From NCBI GenBank assembly GCA_041752695.1, contig JBGSVZ010000070.1, forward strand, positions 20,809-84,808: a stretch of 64,000 nt of DNA, written 5' to 3'. The DNA comes from Terrimicrobiaceae bacterium (GTDB lineage: Bacteria > Verrucomicrobiota > Verrucomicrobiia > Chthoniobacterales > Terrimicrobiaceae). The notes beneath the pieces are model-generated. The model worked only from the letters and a program-made list of their open reading frames with translations. It did not search any database and was not told where the DNA came from. Positions 19,479 through 28,553 of the stretch are shown here, piece after piece (position 1 is the stretch's first letter; each line of letters begins with the position of its first letter). A program made the translations under genes and the position numbers.

Positions 19479-22118
19479 ATGAAACTTAACCTTCCTTCGC
19501 TCTTTCTCAGCCTCTTTATGCTTGGCCTGAAAGGCTTGGCCGCCGCAACCGGATCGACCGTTTCTCTGACTGATCTCCCCTGGAAAGTCGCACCGGAAAT
19601 CGAAGTTTCGACCACCGGCGAGCAACTCTCCCTTCCCGGCTTTCCCGACACCCACTGGATGGCGGCCCGCGTGCCGGGCACGGCCTTTGTAGATTACGTC
19701 AATGCCGGACAGGTCCAGGATCCCAATTTTGGAGAAAACGTCTGGAAGGTGGACAAAAAGACCTATGACCAAAACTACTGGTACCGCCGCGATTTCAGCG
19801 TCCCTCCCGAGTTCCTCCAAGGCGGTCGAATATGGCTCAACCTCGATAGCGTGCATCGTGACGGCGACGTTTATGTCAATGGAAGCAAGGTCGGCACCAT
19901 GATGGGGTTCTTTCAGCGAGGACGTTTCGACATCACGCATTTGGTAAAGAAGGACGGACCGAATGCCTTGGCGGTCCTTGCCCATATCATGGAAGTGCCC
20001 AAGGAGAAAAACGCGGATGGAAAATGGGATTTTAATGTTTCCTCCCCCTCGCTTCTTTGCAGTCGTGGATGGGACTGGATGCCGCGGGTACCTGGACTCA
20101 ATACCGGCATCCTCCGGGATGTCTATTTGACCCACACCGGTGATGTCTCGCTCCTTGATCCATGGATCCGCACCGACCTGCCGCAACCGACAGAAGCCAC
20201 CCTCTCTGTCCAGGTGGAAGTCTCCAACTCGTCAAAGGCCGAAGTCACCGGAGAGCTGCAGGGCGAGATCAACCCAGGCAAAGTCACCTTCACGAAAAGT
20301 GTCACCCTCAAGCCCGGCGAGACGCAAACTGTCAGCCTTTCCGCCGCCGACACCCCGGCTCTGCGGATCAAGAATCCCCTGCTCTGGTGGCCCAATGGCT
20401 ACGGGGATCCCAACCTCTACACCTGCCAGCTCGCTTTTCGCGTGGCGGACAAACTTTCCGATCAAAGAACCGTCACCTTTGGCATCAAGAAATACACCTA
20501 CGAGGTCGTGAACGAGATTCTGTACTTTTATATCAATGGGAAGCGCCTCTTCCTTAAAGGGGGCAACTGGGGCCTTCCCGAGTACCTCATGCGCAACCGC
20601 ACCGCCGCCGATTACGACACCCGGGTCCTCCTCCAGAAAGAGCAAAACTTCAACATCATTCGAAACTGGATGGGATCTGTGCCAGACGCGGCCTTCTATG
20701 AAGCCTGCGACAAGTATGGCATTATGGTTTGGGATGAGTTTTGGCTGAACCGTCCCGACGGAAATCCCGGAGACATCGGAGTTTACCATGCCAACGCGAA
20801 GGAAAAGGTGAAGCAGTTCCGAAATCACCCAAGCATTGCTTTTTGGTGCGCGATGAACGAAGGCACTCCCCCGCCGGAGGTGACCGATCCATTGCGAGAA
20901 ATCATCAAGACGTATGATGGCGGAGACCGCCGTTTCCAGCCGTGCTCGAACAGTGACAATTTGAGTGGCAGCGGGCCGTGGACGAATTTCGATCCGCCCG
21001 TCTATTTTCGAGGCACGTTCAGTTTCACGGGCGCAGAGAAAAAACCCCTTAAAGAGCCCTACGGTCTGCGCAGCGAATTGGGGACCGCCGCGTTCACCAG
21101 TTTCGACAGCTTCAAAAAATTCATGCCGGAGCCGAACTGGTGGCCGGCCGACGAAATTTGGAACCGCCATTTCTTTGGACCGAGAGCGCGGAATGCCTTT
21201 CCAGATAACTACCTCTACAAATTGGGTTTGCATTATGGGGAGCCGGCTGGTGTCCAGGATCTTTGTCTCAAAGCCCAGCTCTTTAATCTCGAAACGATGA
21301 AAGCGATGTTTGAAGGGTGGCTGGACCGCAGTAACACCACCGCTTCGGGGCTGATCATCTGGATGAGTCATCCAGCCTACCCATGTTTTGTCTGGCAAAC
21401 CTACGACTATTATTACGACACCACGGGCGCCTTTTGGGGGGCCAAAACGGCGTGCCAGCCCGTCCACATTTTCTGGAATAGCGAAACGGATCAGATCCGC
21501 GTATCCAACACGTCCGGGAAAGTCGCCGCCAATCTCAGAGCTGACCTCTGGACGTACGACATGGATGGCACGGAGAAGGGCCACCAGGAAGCCATGGTCA
21601 CTTCGAACCCCAACGAGGTTGTCGATTGTTTTAACCTTCCCGTGGCCAACGGACTTTCTTCGACCCACTTCCTCAGACTTCGGCTTACCGATCCTGCCGG
21701 CGCCATCGTTTCGGAGAACTTTTATTGGAGGGGAACGACCCCCCTGAATTATTTCGGTCTGAGTGAGATGAAGCCGGTGGAACTTACCCTCAGCCCACCC
21801 AGTTCGCAAACGCTGCCAGATGGTATGACACGTCTGACCACCGACATCACGAACCCGGCGGGTTCGGGCACCGTAGCGTTTGCCATCCGCCCCAAGCTCG
21901 TCAAATCCGCCAACGGCGAACAGGTTTTGCCCGTCCATATGAATGATAGCTACTTCTCCCTCCTGCCGGGCGAAACGAAGCGCCTTACCGTGGATTATTC
22001 GTCTACCCGGGCAGGTACCGACACGCCAAAAGTGGAGTTGGAGTGCTGGAACAATATTCCGCACCCCACCCCAAAGGAGCCGCCCCTCCCGCCGGTGAAA
22101 GAGAAGCCCGCCTCCTGA
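19479..22118 (+). CDS. Glycoside hydrolase family 2 (beta-mannosidase-like)
   Basis: ARVPGT, GWDWMPRVPGLNTGI, KGGNWG, WCAMNE and RSELG motifs. Signal peptide present; no LamG domain. Confidence 0.88.
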   Translation: MKLNLPSLFLSLFMLGLKGLAAATGSTVSLTDLPWKVAPEIEVSTTGEQLSLPGFPDTHWMAARVPGTAFVDYVNAGQVQDPNFGENVWKVDKKTYDQNYWYRRDFSVPPEFLQGGRIWLNLDSVHRDGDVYVNGSKVGTMMGFFQRGRFDITHLVKKDGPNALAVLAHIMEVPKEKNADGKWDFNVSSPSLLCSRGWDWMPRVPGLNTGILRDVYLTHTGDVSLLDPWIRTDLPQPTEATLSVQVEVSNSSKAEVTGELQGEINPGKVTFTKSVTLKPGETQTVSLSAADTPALRIKNPLLWWPNGYGDPNLYTCQLAFRVADKLSDQRTVTFGIKKYTYEVVNEILYFYINGKRLFLKGGNWGLPEYLMRNRTAADYDTRVLLQKEQNFNIIRNWMGSVPDAAFYEACDKYGIMVWDEFWLNRPDGNPGDIGVYHANAKEKVKQFRNHPSIAFWCAMNEGTPPPEVTDPLREIIKTYDGGDRRFQPCSNSDNLSGSGPWTNFDPPVYFRGTFSFTGAEKKPLKEPYGLRSELGTAAFTSFDSFKKFMPEPNWWPADEIWNRHFFGPRARNAFPDNYLYKLGLHYGEPAGVQDLCLKAQLFNLETMKAMFEGWLDRSNTTASGLIIWMSHPAYPCFVWQTYDYYYDTTGAFWGAKTACQPVHIFWNSETDQIRVSNTSGKVAANLRADLWTYDMDGTEKGHQEAMVTSNPNEVVDCFNLPVANGLSSTHFLRLRLTDPAGAIVSENFYWRGTTPLNYFGLSEMKPVELTLSPPSSQTLPDGMTRLTTDITNPAGSGTVAFAIRPKLVKSANGEQVLPVHMNDSYFSLLPGETKRLTVDYSSTRAGTDTPKVELECWNNIPHPTPKEPPLPPVKEKPAS

Positions 22119-22140
22119 CCAATTCCTCTGCCTGACATTT

Positions 22141-25100
22141 ATGAACAGAAAACTGTTTGCTCTCATTCTTTCGTTTATTCCGTTCTGCTCGTATGCTGCG
22201 ACGGTCTTCGGACCCTTCAACGGCCTCGCCAGCGGCGCGGGACCCGGCCACGTCGAATGGTTCGACGGACCACCCCCCACGGAGGCCGCCGCAAACTGGA
22301 CGATCTCCGCCTGGGTCAAACCCGAAGGTCCCATCACCGCTCCCACGCTGGTGGCCGGTTTTGGCGACGGAGTGGATCACACCGGCTCACAGCGTTTCCT
22401 TAGTGCTGACGCCAAGGGGTGGTTCTTTTGGTATGGCGGATTCTCGATCAAAGACAAACAGCCCTTCACCGAAACCGATCGTTTGGCGAGCCCGGTGACG
22501 GCCGAAGCCGGGAAGTGGCAACATGTCGCGGCAACTTATGACGGCACCATTCTTCGCCTCTACGTTCAAGGCCAGGAGGTCGGACAGGTCAAGGTCACGC
22601 TGACCCGTGCGGCGATGCAGCCCAGGATCGCCCCGCCTTCCGCTTGGAAGGACGGCGCGGCTTTTCAAGGAAAGGTCGCGGACTTCACGATCGCGGACAA
22701 CGTGCTGTCATCCGGCGAGGTCGAAAAACTGGCTGCAGCCGGAAAGGACCTGGATGCGGTCAGTTTCCTTGCCGCCCCGGCCGGTCCCACCCCCGTCAAT
22801 CGGACCGACGTGGTGGAGTTTTCCTGGGGTGGACGCAACCCGCGTCCCCAGCCCGTGGAGATGTTTCCCGGTCCCGTGCCTGCGGTAGACGTAAAGCGCA
22901 CGCCGAAACTCACCGAGCGTCCGGTCCCCAAGCTCAAGGCCGATGGCTCGCTTCTGCTGAATCAAGGCTGGGAAATGGCTGAGGCCACCACGGTCTTGGC
23001 GAAGCCGGAGCTCATCTCATCACCCGGCTTCGACACCAAAGCCTGGTATGACGCCACCGTGCCCGGAACGGCGCTCACCACCCTGGTGCAGCAGGGTGTT
23101 TATCCCGAGCCGACCCACGGACTGAATAACGCGCTCATCCCTGACATGGCGACGAAATCCTGGTGGTATCGTGTGGAGTTTCCCACGAGCGAAAGCTGGA
23201 AAAGCCGCAACATCGAGATCCTGTTCAAGGGCATCAACTTCCACGCAGAAGTCTGGTTGAACGGCCGGTCCCTGGGCGACATGACCGGGGCTTTCATCCG
23301 GGGACGCTTTGACATCACGTCCCAGCTGGTACCCAAGGGCGACAACGTCCTCGCCGTGCGCGTCTGGCCGCAGCCACACTACTCCCAAGGCACTGGCGAA
23401 TCCTCGGTCAAGCTCGGACCCGGCACTAATGGTGCCGATGCCCTGCTCGATGGACCCACGTTTTTCTCCACCGAAGGTTGGGATTGGAATCCCACGGCCC
23501 GCGATCGCTGCACGGGGATCTGGCAGGATGTCCTGATCATTCCGTCCGGTCCGGTCATCGTGGCCGATCCGCAGGTCATCACCAAGCTCCCCAAAATCCC
23601 CGACCTTTCCGTGGCCGAGGTGACTTTGAAGGCGGATGTGCGCAATGGCACGGCCCAGCCGCAGGCCGTCACTCTGGAGGCCGAGTTACTGGGCGCTCGC
23701 GTCGTCCAAAAGGTTTCCCTCGCACCAAACGAAACCCGCACGGTCCAGTTCTCCCCGACGGAGTTTCCTCAACTTGCTTTCCAGAATCCCAAACTCTGGT
23801 GGCCGAACGGAAGTGGCGAACCAGACCTCCACGATCTCACTTTTCGAGTTCTCGATTCCTCCGGTGCGGAATCCAGCCGCCTGGCCATGCGCGCCGGACT
23901 GCGACAAATCGACTACGACTATCTGCCGAAAAAGGACAAACCCGAGATTCATGACGGTCCCTTCTTTCTCAAAGTTAATGGCCGCCCCGTTTTTGTGCGC
24001 GGCGGCAATTGGGGACTGGACGAGGCATTGAAGCGTTCCTCCACCGAACGGATCGAACCCGCCTTCCGGCTCCACCGCGAGGCCGGACTGAACATGATCC
24101 GCAACTGGTGCGGCCAGAACACCCAGGAAAACTTTTTTGAGCTCGCCGACAAATACGGCCTTCTTGTTTGGAGTGATTTCTGGCTCTCCACCTACCGGGC
24201 CAATCTTCCTCCCGTCGATGCCGAACTTTTCATGGCCAACGCGGAAGACACCATCAAACGATTCCGCCGACACCCGTCCCTGGTCGTCTGGTGTGGACGC
24301 AATGAAGGCATCCCTCCCGTCTGGCTGAATGAGCCTCTCGCGGCGAGCCTCCAAGAGCTCGACAGCTCCCGCATCTACATTCCGCAGTCACGCTATGAAA
24401 AACTGATGGGCAGCGGCCCGTGGACGTATAAAGACCCCAAGTGGTATTACGAAACCCACTCGAAAGGGTTCTGCACGGAGTTGGGCATCAACTCGATTCC
24501 GACCGTGGATGCCTTGAAAGCCATGCTGGATCCGAACCAATACTGGCCGTGGGAAAACAACGACGCCTGGGCCTATCACGACTTCCCCTCCAAGCGGCAT
24601 GGCGACAGCGTCCCCTTCCGCGAAGCGGCCGAAAAGCGCTACGGCGTCGGCTCGGATCTGGAGGGGTTCATCCGTCGGATGCAAATGCAGAATTATACCC
24701 ACCACCGCCTCTTCTATGAGTCTTTTAACTCGAAGATGTGGAAGCCCGCCACCGGCCTGCTTCTTTGGATGAGCCATCCCGCCTGGCCGAGCATGGTCTG
24801 GCAGCTTTACAGCTCCGACTTCGACACCCATGCCTCCTTCTTTGCAGCTAAGAAGGCCTGTGAACCCGTCCATGTGCAGTGGGATCTGATTGACGACGCC
24901 GTGTCCGTTGTCAACACGACCGACGAGACGATTCCTCAGGCCACCGTGAAAGTCAGCATTCATGCCCTGGATGGTACCAAGCTCAAGACAACCGAGACAA
25001 AACTTGACGTCTCCCCGTTCACCGCGGTCAAACACGCCAAAGTCGAATGGGCCGACTTCGCAACGCAGCCGGTGCAATTCGTGAAACTCGAACTTCGCGA

Positions 25101-25485
25101 CAAATCAGACAAACTTCTCTCCGAGAATTTCTACTGGCATTCCGACGATGAAAAGCCGGAGCAACTGCGTGCCTTGGAAACTCTGCCCAAGGTCAACCTT
25201 GAGGGCAAAGTCCGCACCGCCCTGGATCGCGACGAAACCGTCACCACCGTCGAGTTGGCCAACACCTCCAAGGCTCCGGCATTGATGACCCATCTTGTTC
25301 TCCGTAACGCTGCCGACGGCTCCCGCATTCTGCCGGCCTATGCCAGCGACAACTATGTGAGCTTCCTCCCTGGCGAAAAGAAAACCATCGCCATCCGCAC
25401 CGCAACCAAGGACACCCCCAAAGCCCTGAGCGTCACGCTCGACGGATGGAATATTGCCCCGGCCTCCCTCGCGGTAGCGAAATAG
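22141..25485 (+). CDS. Glycoside hydrolase family 2 with LamG domain (paralog of 12667-16020)
   Basis: Collinear with the 12667 protein (GAGPGH.EWFDG, PTLVAGFGDGVD, WYDATVPGTALTTLVQQGVYP, WCGRNE, GFCTELG). Confidence 0.88.
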   Translation: MNRKLFALILSFIPFCSYAATVFGPFNGLASGAGPGHVEWFDGPPPTEAAANWTISAWVKPEGPITAPTLVAGFGDGVDHTGSQRFLSADAKGWFFWYGGFSIKDKQPFTETDRLASPVTAEAGKWQHVAATYDGTILRLYVQGQEVGQVKVTLTRAAMQPRIAPPSAWKDGAAFQGKVADFTIADNVLSSGEVEKLAAAGKDLDAVSFLAAPAGPTPVNRTDVVEFSWGGRNPRPQPVEMFPGPVPAVDVKRTPKLTERPVPKLKADGSLLLNQGWEMAEATTVLAKPELISSPGFDTKAWYDATVPGTALTTLVQQGVYPEPTHGLNNALIPDMATKSWWYRVEFPTSESWKSRNIEILFKGINFHAEVWLNGRSLGDMTGAFIRGRFDITSQLVPKGDNVLAVRVWPQPHYSQGTGESSVKLGPGTNGADALLDGPTFFSTEGWDWNPTARDRCTGIWQDVLIIPSGPVIVADPQVITKLPKIPDLSVAEVTLKADVRNGTAQPQAVTLEAELLGARVVQKVSLAPNETRTVQFSPTEFPQLAFQNPKLWWPNGSGEPDLHDLTFRVLDSSGAESSRLAMRAGLRQIDYDYLPKKDKPEIHDGPFFLKVNGRPVFVRGGNWGLDEALKRSSTERIEPAFRLHREAGLNMIRNWCGQNTQENFFELADKYGLLVWSDFWLSTYRANLPPVDAELFMANAEDTIKRFRRHPSLVVWCGRNEGIPPVWLNEPLAASLQELDSSRIYIPQSRYEKLMGSGPWTYKDPKWYYETHSKGFCTELGINSIPTVDALKAMLDPNQYWPWENNDAWAYHDFPSKRHGDSVPFREAAEKRYGVGSDLEGFIRRMQMQNYTHHRLFYESFNSKMWKPATGLLLWMSHPAWPSMVWQLYSSDFDTHASFFAAKKACEPVHVQWDLIDDAVSVVNTTDETIPQATVKVSIHALDGTKLKTTETKLDVSPFTAVKHAKVEWADFATQPVQFVKLELRDKSDKLLSENFYWHSDDEKPEQLRALETLPKVNLEGKVRTALDRDETVTTVELANTSKAPALMTHLVLRNAADGSRILPAYASDNYVSFLPGEKKTIAIRTATKDTPKALSVTLDGWNIAPASLAVAK

Positions 25486-25515
25486 TTAACCATCCCCCCA
25501 AAAGCCTCTCCATTT

Positions 25516-26967
25516 ATGAAACCCACAACACTTATTTTTTGCCTGTCAGCTCTTCTGCCAAGTCTTGTCCATGCCGTCGGTGATTCGATGGCGCCTCTTA
25601 CCACCAAGGCATCGGATGCCGTGGCTTCGTCTCCGGACATGTTTGTCTTCGAATCCAACCTGCCTGAATACAATGAGGCCTGGCTCAAGGCCCGCCAGGT
25701 GGTGGCCAATGATAGCAAACACGGGAAATTCATCGCCGGCAAAGGCTGGCCTCAGGTCTGGACGCGCGACTCCTCGTTTTCCATGGACCTCGCCTTGTCG
25801 CTGTTGGAGACCAGCCTGTGCGAGGCCACGCTGCTCGGACTCAAACAGGAAGTGCCCGGCATCGGCGAATGTTGGGAGCAGGATTTCTGTGGGCACTTTG
25901 CTGGCTGGCCGAATCTCACCGACTCCATCGTCGGAGCGCTCGGTGCCTGGTCGCTCTATCTGGTCACCGGGGACAAGACCACCCTGCCTGTCTTCTATGA
26001 ACGCACGGTCAACACTCTGAAACGCGCGGAGCGAGACGCCTTCCAGTCCGACACCGGGCTCTTCGGCGGTTGTTCCTCGTTCATGGAATCCAACAGTGCT
26101 TATCCTGCAAAATATGAAAACAACGGCCCCCTCGTTGCCAAGACGGCGGCGCTGAGCACCAACGCCCTCTACTATCAGGGTTACGTGATCGCGGGTCTGA
26201 TGGCTGACATCCTTGGCAAGGATTCGGCACCCTTCCGTGCCAAGGCCGCGGCGTTGAAGGATGCCATCAACAAGCATCTGTGGCAGGAAGACAAGGGATA
26301 CTACGGCTACTTTCTCGACGAAGAACGGAAACTTTTTCCCGTGATGGAAGGATTGGGCGAGGCCCTGTGCATCCGCTTCGGGATTGCCGACTCCGCACGC
26401 GCACGTCAGGTGCTCGCGTCCACGCCCACGACGCCGAATGGCTTCCCTTGCCTGTGGCCGCAGTTGCCCGATTACATGGATTATACCGCACGGCCGTCCT
26501 ATCGCTACCACAACGGCATGATCTGGCCCTTTGTGCAGGGTTACTGGGCCCGCGCTGCCATCCATCTCAGCGATCTGCCGAAATTCGACGAGGAGTTGGT
26601 CAAACTGCTCGCCCTCTCGCAGAAAACCGACACCGTCAAAGAGTTTTACTTTCCCGAGGACGGCCGCCCCGATGGTTCCTCTGACCAGCTTTGGAGCGCG
26701 TCCGGTTATCTGGGCATGGTTTTGCACGGCCTGCTGGGCATGAACTTTGAGGAGGACGGCATCCGCTTCGCCCCGTTGGTGCCGGACCGATTTTCGACGA
26801 TTTCGATGAAGAGGGTCAAGTACCGCGACAGCGTCCTGAACGTTCGAATCCTCGGACACGGCACCCGTATCGCCAGTTTCAAGTTGGACGGAAAAACCAT
26901 GGAGAAACCCTTCTTCGATGCGACCCTGAGCGGGACGCATGAGATCGAGATCGTCCTCAAAGACTGA
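25516..26967 (+). CDS. Six-hairpin (alpha/alpha)6 glycosidase, amylo-alpha-1,6-glucosidase/MGH1-like
   Basis: Signal peptide, WPQVWTRDSS, LSTNALYY, INKHLW..DKGYY, YHNGMIWPFVQGYW and DQLWSA motifs. Confidence 0.75.
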   Translation: MKPTTLIFCLSALLPSLVHAVGDSMAPLTTKASDAVASSPDMFVFESNLPEYNEAWLKARQVVANDSKHGKFIAGKGWPQVWTRDSSFSMDLALSLLETSLCEATLLGLKQEVPGIGECWEQDFCGHFAGWPNLTDSIVGALGAWSLYLVTGDKTTLPVFYERTVNTLKRAERDAFQSDTGLFGGCSSFMESNSAYPAKYENNGPLVAKTAALSTNALYYQGYVIAGLMADILGKDSAPFRAKAAALKDAINKHLWQEDKGYYGYFLDEERKLFPVMEGLGEALCIRFGIADSARARQVLASTPTTPNGFPCLWPQLPDYMDYTARPSYRYHNGMIWPFVQGYWARAAIHLSDLPKFDEELVKLLALSQKTDTVKEFYFPEDGRPDGSSDQLWSASGYLGMVLHGLLGMNFEEDGIRFAPLVPDRFSTISMKRVKYRDSVLNVRILGHGTRIASFKLDGKTMEKPFFDATLSGTHEIEIVLKD

Positions 26968-26992
26968 GGCATCCCAGACCAAGACGGTTCCC

Positions 26993-28468
26993 TTATTCCA
27001 GTTCGGCCAGAAATTTCTCCGCCACTTTCCGATGGGCGGAAAGTTTGTCGCCCAGCTTGTCGCAGAGCCGCGCCATCATGGCCAGACGCGGGTTGCCAAG
27101 GAAAAATTTCCGGTGATCCGCGATAAAGGTCCAGAACAGCGCGTCCCAAACGTCGCACCATGGGCCACGTTTGTGGTCGGACATTTTGCGCACATAATTT
27201 GATCCCGAAATGTAAGGCTTCGTGGTGAACCCTCCCCCATCGGCAAATTGCGACATTCCATAAACGTTAGGCACCATCACCCAATCGTAGGAGTCGATGA
27301 ACATTTCCATAAACCAGAGGTACACATCGTCCGGGTGAATGCGGCAGAGCAACAGGAAATTGCCCAGCACCATGAGACGCTCGATGTGGTGACAATATCC
27401 GGTGGCCAGCACCTGCCGAATGGCATGATCCACCGGCTCAATCCCGGTCGTCCCCTCGTAAAAAGCGCGGGGCATCCGACGTTCGAAGCCCCAGAAATTG
27501 CGGGTCCGCATCGCTTTGCCCTGGCGTTCATACATGGCCCGCATGAACTCTCTCCACCCAATGATCTGACGGACAAATCCCTCCAGGGAGTTCATCGGCA
27601 CCTGATGGCTCGAAGCAAAGGCCAGGGCCTTCCTCAGAACCTGCTCGGGAGTGAGCAGACCGATATTGAGTGCCGGGGTCAGCACCGAGTGAAACATCAC
27701 GGGATGCCGCACGGACATCGCATCCTCATAGTCCCCAAAGCCCGCAAAGCGCTTCGCCAGAAACTCGTCCAGCCAGAGATCCGCAGCCTCGTGAGTCGTC
27801 GGGTAGAAAAACGGAGTTTCCCGCCCTCGCGACTCCGGGAACTGCACGACAATGTCCCGGGCAATCTCCCGGACATCCTGCTGCACCCCCGGCAAGGACG
27901 GAATGGCGAGATCTTTGGGCAGCCGCTTGCGGTTTTCCGTATCGAACGACCATTGGCCGCCCACCGGTTCTCCGGACGCGGACACCAGGACCTTCATGCG
28001 CCGCCGCTGTTTTTCATAAAACCGGGCCATGAAAGGCTTTTGGCCGCGTCCGAAACACTCCTCCAAAAACGAGGCCGGCGTCAAAAATTGAGGCGTTCCC
28101 GAGATCTGACATTCCACACCGCGAGACTCGGCGAATTTTCGAAGTCTCCCGGAAAGGACATCATCCACAGGATCCACGAAATGAAGGTGGGTCACGGGCC
28201 TGGGAACATGCTTTTCCAAGATCTGCCCGGTGCTGCCGCCTGCCGGGCATTTTACCACCTTGGCTTTCCAGCCTTCCCGCATTAATTTCTCCGCAAAAGC
28301 CCCCATGGAAGCCCGATGCAGAACGAGCTTTTGCCGGTGCATCCGCGACGGCCATCGGGCATCCGGGCCGAAAAAAAGAGGATCTTCCACCAGGAGGATG
28401 TCGCGCCCCGTTAACACCGCCGGATGCGGCCAGAAGAGCTGGTGCGGAAAGATCAACGTGAGTTCCAT
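26993..28468 (-). CDS. Cryptochrome/photolyase, bacterial (6-4) photolyase (PhrB/FeS-BCP-like) family
   Basis: LIFPHQLF, H.QKL.LHRASM, GGQWSFDTENRK, FG.YEDAM, EGFVRQIIGWREF, HHIERLM, DWVMVPNV.GM and TKPYISGSNY motifs. Confidence 0.92.
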   Translation of the reverse strand: MELTLIFPHQLFWPHPAVLTGRDILLVEDPLFFGPDARWPSRMHRQKLVLHRASMGAFAEKLMREGWKAKVVKCPAGGSTGQILEKHVPRPVTHLHFVDPVDDVLSGRLRKFAESRGVECQISGTPQFLTPASFLEECFGRGQKPFMARFYEKQRRRMKVLVSASGEPVGGQWSFDTENRKRLPKDLAIPSLPGVQQDVREIARDIVVQFPESRGRETPFFYPTTHEAADLWLDEFLAKRFAGFGDYEDAMSVRHPVMFHSVLTPALNIGLLTPEQVLRKALAFASSHQVPMNSLEGFVRQIIGWREFMRAMYERQGKAMRTRNFWGFERRMPRAFYEGTTGIEPVDHAIRQVLATGYCHHIERLMVLGNFLLLCRIHPDDVYLWFMEMFIDSYDWVMVPNVYGMSQFADGGGFTTKPYISGSNYVRKMSDHKRGPWCDVWDALFWTFIADHRKFFLGNPRLAMMARLCDKLGDKLSAHRKVAEKFLAELE

Positions 28469-28553
28469 GATAATTTTACGGAGGTAAGAGGTGGGGGGAC
28501 TCAGAATTCCGGATTTTTCGTAAAACCGTGGGGGCAGGACAACGCCGCACCGC

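Noticed and set aside
20232..22346. 704-aa minus-strand ORF (likewise 14104-15420, 25546-26982, 35846-37237, 42956-44326, 46463-48181, 56036-58120, 59884-61371)
   Set aside because: Antisense shadows of well-supported genes. They are expected in GC-rich DNA with biased codon usage and contain no recognisable motifs.
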